DNA from: Candidatus Zixiibacteriota bacterium
GTDB lineage: Bacteria > Zixibacteria > MSB-5A5 > GN15 > FEB-12
Direction: 5' to 3'
DNA length: 15,147 nt
Assembly (NCBI GenBank): GCA_041742355.1
Contig: JBGSIV010000172.1
Coordinates: 1-15,147, forward strand
The notes beneath the pieces are model-generated. The model had not been told where the DNA came from. It made no database searches and saw nothing but the letters and a program-made list of their open reading frames with translations. Every line of letters starts with the position of its first letter. Within the stretch, counting starts at the first letter, position 1. Positions 1 through 6,567 of the stretch are shown in pieces. Both the position numbers and the translations under genes were made by a program.

Positions 1-360
1 CCCCGAGCGGTCGCAAATAAACTCCGTAGGTGCGCGGCCGATGTCCACATCGGCCGCGTATCAAACGAACCCAATCTCCTGTGCCCTCTCCTGTGGCCCA
101 CCATTCATGGTGGGTTCCTCTCGGCTACCGAGCCAGAGGGGAAATCGAATGCGAAGGAGAACACGCCAAATCGAACCCAAACGTAGGTCGGTGTTCCGAG
201 GGGCGTAAGCCCCGAGAAACCCGACTGAAAATGCTGAAACGAACCCATTCCCGCCCCCCGCAAAGGGGCGGGGCTTGTCTCCACCCCGGAGGTCCCCCGT
301 TCCGCAGGGTCTTGCGCGACCCCGAGCGTAGCGTGGGAGAGCGCAAGACCCTGCGGCAAC
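1..360. repeat. Cluster of heterogeneous REP-like palindromes (several GTAG/GTGG-tagged)
   Basis: GTAG(26-29)+CGCGGCCGATGT-CC-ACATCGGCCGCG (33-58); GTGG+CCCACCAT-TC-ATGGTGGG (93-114); GTAG-GTCGG...GGGGC-GTAA-GCCCC...CCGAC (183-225); CCCGCCCC-N7-GGGGCGGG (250-272); perfect 16-bp stem CCGCAGGGTCTTGCGC/GCGCAAGACCCTGCGG (302-356). Bases 1-14 may be the right half of a further hairpin cut by the window edge. Confidence 0.75.
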
Positions 361-361
361 C

Positions 362-385
362 AAAAAGGCCCGTGCCCCACAGGGC
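362..385 (-). terminator. Probable intrinsic terminator of the OmpA-family gene
   Basis: Minus strand directly after the TGA stop: GCCC(T)GTG-GGG-CACGGGC followed by CTTTTT. Confidence 0.5.
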
Positions 386-1630
386 TCAGAGCTTGACCAG
401 TTCCACGCGGCGGTTGTTGGCCTTGCCCTCGGCCGAATCGTTGGTGTCGACCGGCTTCGCCTCGCCCCAGCCATTGGACTCGAGGCGGCCGGAATCGACC
501 TTGTACGTGGTGATCAGCCAGGTCCGCACCGCCTCGGCCCGCCGCTTCGAGAGATCCTGGTTGGCGTCATCCGCGCCATCGGAATCGGTGTGCCCCTCGA
601 TAGAGACCCGCAGCGCGGGACTATCCGTCAGGAGCTGGCCGATGTCCGCGAGAGTCTTGTACGATTCGCCCTTGATGATGTCGGATCCGGAGTCGAAGTA
701 GATGCCGTGGGTGATGATCTTGCCGGTTTCATCGAGCTGCTCTTTCATGGTCTTGCCCCCCTCGGCGAGGCGGAAGTTGCGGATGAACATCTTCTGCTTG
801 ATCCAGTCGTCGTCGCTGGCATGGAACTGGACGCGGAGGCTTGACGGGTTGAAGTAATCGGGCCTGGGCGAATTGACGACACGCTGTTCATCGACATACA
901 TTTTGATCGACTTCGCCGTGACCATGACGCGGATGTTGTGAATGTCCTTCGCGAACGGCCTGGAGAGGGAGATGTCGGCGACATTGGGGAAGCCCCCCTG
1001 GGCATCTCTCAGGTAGAAATACGCCCTATCATTGAAAGTCAGGTTCAGGGCCGCCGACTTTTCGCCGGTCGAGTCGAGGAACTGCAGTTCGGTCGTGAAG
1101 TACAGATTGTGGGGCATCTCGTTCCGGTTGACGAACTCATACTCAATAGTGTACCGGTCGGGCAGTTCGGAGAGGTTGAGTTTCGGCCCTATGGTGCCGT
1201 TGGTGGAAGCCATGATCCAGGGGGAATCGCCGAGTCGAGCGATTTCGAACACGCCCTCGTGGAGATCCCACCGGGACGGGAACTCGGCCATTTCCTCGCC
1301 GGCGAGATCGTCGTAGTACAGCACCTTGTTGCCGGGCACAAAATCGAACTTGGTGTAGAGCGAGAAATCGTCCTTGCGGGCGGCCGTGTCTTCGGCAGGG
1401 GCATTCTCCCCGTTTTCGGCCGCCGGCTGGGCCTCGGCGGATTCTGCCTCGGTGTTCTCGGAAGACTTCTCGCCGGAAAGCGCCTTGTCGGCTTCCTTCT
1501 CGGCCTTTTTCTCGAGTTCCTTCTTGGCTTTGTCTTTGAGCTTGCCGAACTGCGCCAACGAAGGTGACGGCGTGAACATGAGGGCGGCGCCGAGCAACAG
1601 CGCCAGTGAAATAGTGGTGAGGCGTTTCAT
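386..1630 (-). CDS. OmpA family protein: signal peptide, Lys/Glu/Ala-rich linker, probable beta-sandwich domain, C-terminal OmpA_C peptidoglycan-binding domain
   Basis: 414-aa ORF. Signal peptide MKRLTTISLALLLGAALMFTPSPSLA. C-terminal motifs GIYFDSGS, IEGHTDSDG, NQDLSKRRAEAV, GWGEAKPV, NNRRVE. GGAG SD upstream of ATG. Confidence 0.93.
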   Translation of the reverse strand: MKRLTTISLALLLGAALMFTPSPSLAQFGKLKDKAKKELEKKAEKEADKALSGEKSSENTEAESAEAQPAAENGENAPAEDTAARKDDFSLYTKFDFVPGNKVLYYDDLAGEEMAEFPSRWDLHEGVFEIARLGDSPWIMASTNGTIGPKLNLSELPDRYTIEYEFVNRNEMPHNLYFTTELQFLDSTGEKSAALNLTFNDRAYFYLRDAQGGFPNVADISLSRPFAKDIHNIRVMVTAKSIKMYVDEQRVVNSPRPDYFNPSSLRVQFHASDDDWIKQKMFIRNFRLAEGGKTMKEQLDETGKIITHGIYFDSGSDIIKGESYKTLADIGQLLTDSPALRVSIEGHTDSDGADDANQDLSKRRAEAVRTWLITTYKVDSGRLESNGWGEAKPVDTNDSAEGKANNRRVELVKL

Positions 1631-1703
1631 ACAGACTCCGGACTATAGCTGTTAAGGCGTAAAATCTGTCTCTGGCAGACCGCAACATGCGGCCGCGCAG
1701 CAA

Positions 1704-1732
1704 ATGGTAATAAGGCGGCCGAGGGGATTCAA
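1704..1732 (-). promoter_or_regulatory. Putative sigma70 promoter of the OmpA-family gene
   Basis: Minus strand TTGAAT-N17-TACCAT, about 70 nt upstream of the ATG at 1630. Confidence 0.5.
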
Positions 1733-1767
1733 GCGGATTCTTGTGCGGGACAGGGGGCCGATACGGG

Positions 1768-1799
1768 ACAACGCCGGTCGCGATCGCAACCGGCGTCGT
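1768..1799 (-). terminator. Hairpin downstream of phhB (possible terminator or stability element)
   Basis: Minus-strand 14-bp stem ACGACGCCGGTTGC-GATC-GCGACCGGCGTTGT. Its two G.U pairs form only on the minus strand. The U-tract is poor. Confidence 0.45.
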
Positions 1800-1819
1800 T
1801 CATCTGGCTCGACTGAGGG

Positions 1820-2158
1820 CTATAGCTGGATGCGGTCGACCCGCGTGGCGACGATGAAGTCGTTGATCGACAGACCGCCGATCGCATGGGTCCAGAGGGT
1901 AATGCGGACCTTATTCCATCCGTGGATGTAGATGTCCGGATGGTGGCCCTCCTCCTCGGCGATCTCAGCGCACTTGTTGACGAACTTCATCGCCTCGACG
2001 AAATCCTTGAACTGGAAATCGCGTTCGAGTTTCGTGTCGTTCTCGATGATGCGCCACTTGTCGACCTGTTCGAGGTAGACTTCGAAATCAGCACGGGTCA
2101 TCGGGTCGATGCCCCCTTCGCAGGGGACGCAGTGTTTGGACGAGAGATTTTCAGCCAT
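1820..2158 (-). CDS. phhB: Pterin-4-alpha-carbinolamine dehydratase (4a-hydroxytetrahydrobiopterin dehydratase)
   Basis: 112 aa. CVPCEGG N-terminus, FQFKDFVEAMKFVN, signature AEEEGHHPDI, LWTHAIGGLSINDFIVA. Starts 9 nt after the hydroxylase stop. Confidence 0.96.
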   Translation of the reverse strand: MAENLSSKHCVPCEGGIDPMTRADFEVYLEQVDKWRIIENDTKLERDFQFKDFVEAMKFVNKCAEIAEEEGHHPDIYIHGWNKVRITLWTHAIGGLSINDFIVATRVDRIQL

Positions 2159-2167
2159 GGTTCATAC

Positions 2168-3991
2168 TCAATTCTTCTTGTCGGCCGACGGCAGGAGGGC
2201 GAGGCCATCGCGGATCAGCTTGGTCAACGCCGCGTCGGACTGTGCCTTTTTCTCCAGGTAACTGCGGATCTCGGGTTGCAGTTCCGGGCAAACCCCGCGG
2301 GTCAGCGATAGCTCGAGGATCTCCAGCGGCAGAAGCCACTCGTGCGGGTAATCGGCCTTGACATGGGACCAGATGTTGCGCAGGGCGCTGGAATCGGCGC
2401 GCCCCTCGCGGATATCACGGACTTTGCGGTAGAGGTCGAACAGGCGCCGGGTCTGATCGCTGTACGCGGCTTTCACCGTCCGCTCGCGGGGAACGAGCGA
2501 AGGCTGCTGGTAGGCGGATTTGTCGGCCGCGCCGGCAAACACCGAAGTGATCGCTTCGCCGACAGCCATGTCGTACAGCCCCCACTCGGGACGGAACAGG
2601 GTTTCGCCGCCGCGGGCAACGGTGCAGTCGGCGAAGGTCATGAGGACCAGGGCGCCGTTGTGGCGCAGGGTGCGCTCGAGGCGGCCAGTTACGGTCACGC
2701 CGCTGTCGAAAGTCAGGGTGACCGTCTTGCCCCGGTTGATACCGCGGTCCGAAAAGTCGCCGTCGGACATCTTCTCAAGAGGGGTAGTCTCGCCTCTGAG
2801 CTTGCCGACCGGAGATCCGAAACCGTCGGCATGGTAATCGGGACCATGGCCGAGGAGCTGCTTATCGTCGATCGCGAGAGCGCTGCGGCCGGAGGTCTTG
2901 AGATAGTAGGGCTGGCGGGCGTCTGAGAGGGCGTGGCAGGCGGTGAAAACGCCCGACACCTGGAGGCCGGAGCTGTACTGGACAGTCGAGACGTTTTCGC
3001 ACTCGATAGCTTTGGCGAGGCCCTCGACGCCGCCGATCCGGAAAGCCATCTCCTCGGCAAACTGCTCGAGCACGGTGTTCAGATGGGCGAAGTCGGGAGT
3101 GACGAAGAGGTGGGGCTGCTTGGTCGTGATATCGAACGCGTAGTTCTGCGTGTCGAGGTTGTACGGGATCTTTTTGACTGCCGCGGTCAGGCAGGAGGCT
3201 GACTCGCCGATCGAAGAAAGCAGGCCGGCGCCGTAGATTTTCGGATCATCCAGAGTCCCGATGAGCCCGTACTCGACTGTCCACCAATGGAGACGGGAAA
3301 GGCGGGCCATTTCGGACGGTTCGCCGAGGTTGGCCTGCTTGTATTCGACATCTCTTTCGGACTCCGCAACTTCGGCCGGGTCGGCGTCGTCCATCTCCTT
3401 GAGGATGGAGAGGTGGCGGATGGCCTCGTACAGCTCGAAGTCCTTCTTGGAGGACATGGCCTTACTGCCGACATAGCCGATGCGACGGAGGTACTCGGCG
3501 TATTCGGGGTCGGCGATAATTGGGGCGTGGCCGGCCGCCTCGTGGATGATGTCGGGGGCCGGGGTATATTCAATGTGGTTAATCTGACGCATGTCGGCGG
3601 CGATCACGAGCACGCGGTAGGCCTGGAATTCCATGAAAGCGGCCGGGGGAATGAAGCCGTCGACCGGGACGGCGGCCCAGCCGATGGTCCCGAGAATCTC
3701 GTTCATCTCCTCGATGCTGGGGATCTTTTCGATGCTGATGCCGGTGCGGCGGAGGCCGTCGACATACGCGCTGTGGGCATTATTCTTGAGGAAAGCGAAG
3801 TTCTGACGCATGACATAGCGCCAGACCGCGTGGTTGACCGGCGTGTAGGCGGGGTAGTTCTGGTCGACAATGAACTGCTTGAGGTGGTCCGGGAGGCCGG
3901 CAATGATGGGGTTGTCCAGGTACGCGACCGTGGTGTGGCCGGCGCCGGTCGCCGTTGGGGCGGAGAGCCCGGATTTTCCGTCCTGCGACAT
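2168..3991 (-). CDS. phhA: Pterin-dependent aromatic amino acid hydroxylase (phenylalanine 4-monooxygenase), long form with C-terminal extension
   Basis: 607 aa. YTPAPDIIHEAAGHAP (two Fe-ligand His), WWTVEYGLIG, IYGAGLLSSIGE (Fe-ligand Glu), GFIPP. AAAGGA SD. Adjacent to phhB. Confidence 0.94.
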   Translation of the reverse strand: MSQDGKSGLSAPTATGAGHTTVAYLDNPIIAGLPDHLKQFIVDQNYPAYTPVNHAVWRYVMRQNFAFLKNNAHSAYVDGLRRTGISIEKIPSIEEMNEILGTIGWAAVPVDGFIPPAAFMEFQAYRVLVIAADMRQINHIEYTPAPDIIHEAAGHAPIIADPEYAEYLRRIGYVGSKAMSSKKDFELYEAIRHLSILKEMDDADPAEVAESERDVEYKQANLGEPSEMARLSRLHWWTVEYGLIGTLDDPKIYGAGLLSSIGESASCLTAAVKKIPYNLDTQNYAFDITTKQPHLFVTPDFAHLNTVLEQFAEEMAFRIGGVEGLAKAIECENVSTVQYSSGLQVSGVFTACHALSDARQPYYLKTSGRSALAIDDKQLLGHGPDYHADGFGSPVGKLRGETTPLEKMSDGDFSDRGINRGKTVTLTFDSGVTVTGRLERTLRHNGALVLMTFADCTVARGGETLFRPEWGLYDMAVGEAITSVFAGAADKSAYQQPSLVPRERTVKAAYSDQTRRLFDLYRKVRDIREGRADSSALRNIWSHVKADYPHEWLLPLEILELSLTRGVCPELQPEIRSYLEKKAQSDAALTKLIRDGLALLPSADKKN

Positions 3992-4104
3992 GGTCAGAAG
4001 TCCTTTCGTTTCGCGCGCGAATTTGCGTTATGTACTAAATCTACCCAGTAAGTCCATATCTCATATATACAGCGGCGGGCCGCCGGGCGCAAGAGGAACC
4101 GGCG

Positions 4105-6171
4105 TCAGGCCTCCCGAAGTTCGGCCAGATCCCGGAACGGGTCGAGGGCCGACGGGTCCGCCAGGGCGTCGCGGTTGGGCACGTCCTTGCCGTGGATCAC
4201 CCGGGTGACGGCCAGCTCCACCTTCTTGCCGTTGATCGTGTGCGGGATGCGGTCGACCGCAATGATCTTGGCCGGGACATGGCGGGGAGTCTGCCGGCTG
4301 CGGATGGCGGCGCGGATCTTCTCCTTCAGGCTGTCGGTGAGCGTGAGGCCCGGGGCGAGCTGGACGAACAGGATGATCCGGACGTCGTTTCGCCACTGCT
4401 GGCCGACGACGATGGAATCGACAATCTCGGGGAGAGCCTCGACCGGGGTGTAGATTTCAGCCGTACCGATCCTGACGCCGCCGGGGTTAAGGGTGGCATC
4501 GGAGCGGCCGTAGACAATGATCCCGCCAGTTTCGGTAATCTCAATGTAATCGCCGTGCCGCCAGACCCCGGGATAGTGGTCGAAATAGGCGTCGTGGTAT
4601 TTGCGGCCGTCGGGATCGTTCCAGAAGAAAACCGGGCGGGAGGGGAAGCGTTCGGTGCAGACCAGTTCGCCGACCTGACCGGTCACGGAGCGGCCGGAGT
4701 CATCAAAAGTGGCGACTTTCATCCCCAGGCCGCGGCACTGGATCTCGCCGGGGTAAACGGGGAGAATGGGGCAGCCGAGCATGAAGCAGGAGATGATGTC
4801 GGTGCCGCCGGAGATGGAGGCGAGTTGGAGGTCGGCTCCGATGTTCTGGTAGACCCAGGCGAAATTCTTCTCGGAGAGCGGGGAGCCGGTCGAAAGAATG
4901 GTGCGCAGGGACGACAGGTCGAATTTGGTCCTCGGGGTCAGGCCGGGTGTCTCACAAGCGCTGAGGAACTTGGGACTGGTGCCGAAGACAGTGATTTTGT
5001 GCCGCTCGACAGCTCTCCACAGACGGTCGAGCGTGGGGTGCGACGGCGAGCCGTCGTAAATGTACATGGTGGCGCCGATTTGCAGGGCGCTGACGAGCCA
5101 GTTCCACATCATCCAGCCGCAGGTCGTGTAGTAGGTGATGACGTCGTCGCGACGAAGGTCGGTGTGGAGGGCGTGCTCCTTGTAGTGCTGGAGGAGTGTG
5201 CCGCCCGCGCCGTGGACCATGCATTTCGGGACGCCGGTGGTGCCGGAGGAGTACATGATGTAGACGGGGTGGTCAAAGGGAAGCTGGGCGAATTCGATTT
5301 CGGTGGCGGTATTGTTCAGCAGAGAGGCCCAGGGCAGGGTGGATGCATCGCCCGTCATCCTGAGCGTAGTCGAAGGCTGACGGTCGGGGAACTCGGCTTG
5401 AAGGGAGTCAGGCTCCAGGGAGCCTAACTGGCCTGTTTTGTTGTCGGCTCTCCCGGAGGTTCGCTCCTCGGAATCCGACCTACTGACTACAACAATGTGT
5501 TCGATCGCGGGGATACTCCTGGCGATGTGGGCGACTTTATCGAGGCAGTCGATACGATGGCCGTTGTAATGGTAGCTGTCAGCGGTGAAAAGGACCTTGG
5601 GTTCTATTTGGCCGAAGCGGTCCAGGACACCCTGCAGGCCGAAGTCGGGGGAGCACGACGACCAGATCGCGCCGAGGCTGGTGGTGGCAAGCATGGCGAT
5701 CACGGCCTCGGGGATGTTCGGGATGAAGGCGGCAACGCGGTCCCCCTCGCGGACGCCGAGGGCGCGCAGCCCATGGGCGCAGCGGGCCACCTGGTCGTGG
5801 AGTTCGGCGTAGGTCGGGGAGGCGATGACGCCGGTTTCGGCTTCGGCGATGATGGCGGTGTGGTTGTCGCGGAATCGCAGGAGGTTCTCGGCGAAATTCA
5901 AGCGGGCGCCGGGAAACCAGGTGGTTCTGTGGATCTCAGCGCCTTCCACAACGCAGTCATATGGCTGCGAGTGGATAATCCCCGAGGCATCCCAGACGGC
6001 GCGCCAAAAGTCCTCGATATGATCGACCGAGTACTGCCAGAGATCATCGTAGGAGCCGAAGCGCTGCCCGGCGCTTTCGCCGAAGCGGCCCATGAAGCGC
6101 GTGAGGTTGCTCTGGGCAACGCGCTCAGGGGAGGGTGTCCAGAGGGGTGACTTGATGGAGATATCCGTCAT
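4105..6171 (-). CDS. Acetoacetate--CoA ligase (acetoacetyl-CoA synthetase) carrying an in-frame insertion
   Basis: PLWTPSPER N-terminus, WFPGARLNFAENLL, WSSCSPDFG, DRFGQIEPK, AMP-binding YIMYSSGTTGVPKCMVHG, YYTTCGWMMWNWL, SISGGTDIISCF, WRHGD, GRSDATLNPGGVRIGTAEIY, NGKKVELAV. ATG 6171 preferred over TTG 6192; start uncertain. Confidence 0.95.
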   Translation of the reverse strand: MTDISIKSPLWTPSPERVAQSNLTRFMGRFGESAGQRFGSYDDLWQYSVDHIEDFWRAVWDASGIIHSQPYDCVVEGAEIHRTTWFPGARLNFAENLLRFRDNHTAIIAEAETGVIASPTYAELHDQVARCAHGLRALGVREGDRVAAFIPNIPEAVIAMLATTSLGAIWSSCSPDFGLQGVLDRFGQIEPKVLFTADSYHYNGHRIDCLDKVAHIARSIPAIEHIVVVSRSDSEERTSGRADNKTGQLGSLEPDSLQAEFPDRQPSTTLRMTGDASTLPWASLLNNTATEIEFAQLPFDHPVYIMYSSGTTGVPKCMVHGAGGTLLQHYKEHALHTDLRRDDVITYYTTCGWMMWNWLVSALQIGATMYIYDGSPSHPTLDRLWRAVERHKITVFGTSPKFLSACETPGLTPRTKFDLSSLRTILSTGSPLSEKNFAWVYQNIGADLQLASISGGTDIISCFMLGCPILPVYPGEIQCRGLGMKVATFDDSGRSVTGQVGELVCTERFPSRPVFFWNDPDGRKYHDAYFDHYPGVWRHGDYIEITETGGIIVYGRSDATLNPGGVRIGTAEIYTPVEALPEIVDSIVVGQQWRNDVRIILFVQLAPGLTLTDSLKEKIRAAIRSRQTPRHVPAKIIAVDRIPHTINGKKVELAVTRVIHGKDVPNRDALADPSALDPFRDLAELREA
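5352..5483. repeat. Intragenic block of three REP-like palindromes
   Basis: (+) CCGTCATCCTGAGCGTAGTCGAAGGCTGACGG 5352-5383; GTCAGGCTCC-AG-GGAGCCTAAC 5407-5428; (-) GTAGGTCGGATTCCGAGGAGCGAACCTCCGGGAGAGCCGAC 5483-5443, similar to 183-225. Confidence 0.8.
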
Positions 6172-6349
6172 TAGGAATAACAACAGCGTCAAGAGGGGTT
6201 TGGTTTCGTGGAAGGGAACGGAATCCAGAGGTTGGTACGCCTTTGGCCGGGACTCCCTCCTAATATCGATACCCTGGGAGAAGAGGCGCCTGCGGGGTTT
6301 GGCCGCTTGCAGGAAGGAGCGGGGCGACCGAGAGGCTCATGGAATCGGA

Positions 6350-6378
6350 TTGACAGAATCAGATGGGCGGGTTATTAT
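6350..6378 (+). promoter_or_regulatory. Near-consensus sigma70 promoter for the 813-aa gene
   Basis: TTGACA(6350-6355)-N17-TATTAT(6373-6378). Confidence 0.7.
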
Positions 6379-6567
6379 GTAATAGTATGTCCACGGCCCG
6401 GCGGGGTATCTCAATGATCGGGTCGGATGTGGGGCGGACAATCGGGCTGCGCAGCCGCCTCCGGACGACGTTCTCCACCCTCTGACATGTCGGTGCAAAT
6501 GAGTCCAATGTTCCCGCGATAGAACTGACCGACAAACAAGACTCTACTCATCGCAACGGAGGGCTCG

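Noticed and set aside
62..249. CRISPR array based on the AAACGAACCCA repeats
   Set aside because: The repeat is only ~11-14 nt, spacing is irregular (~105 and ~69 nt), and there are no cas genes in the window.
30..701. 223-aa plus-strand ORF (and 61..474, 105..380, 125..346 on the minus strand) over the palindrome cluster
   Set aside because: Arg/Pro/Ser-rich, no family motif, no HUH/Tyr transposase signature, and partly antisense to the OmpA gene. Typical GC-rich spurious frames.
4020..4092. TyrR/PhhR or TrpR box and promoter upstream of phhA
   Set aside because: GTACT-N10-AGTAA has the wrong spacing for TrpR, there is no TGTAAA-N6-TTTACA, and the TTGCGC-N17-TATATA promoter lacks the conserved last T. 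Too weak to call.
4192..5427. Long antisense ORFs (this one, 938..1567, 3287..4051, 7072..7983, 10236..11105, 12380..13048, 13767..14720)
   Set aside because: Shadow frames opposite well-supported genes, expected with high GC3, and with no recognisable motifs.
4105..6171. Ligase as a pseudogene or intein-containing gene
   Set aside because: The frame is open and all motifs are intact. The insert is too short for an intein and lacks the terminal His-Asn splice motif.
6255..6265. 11-bp match (TATTAGGAGGG) between this minus-strand site and 11761-11771
   Set aside because: Matches of this length are expected by chance in a 15-kb self-comparison.
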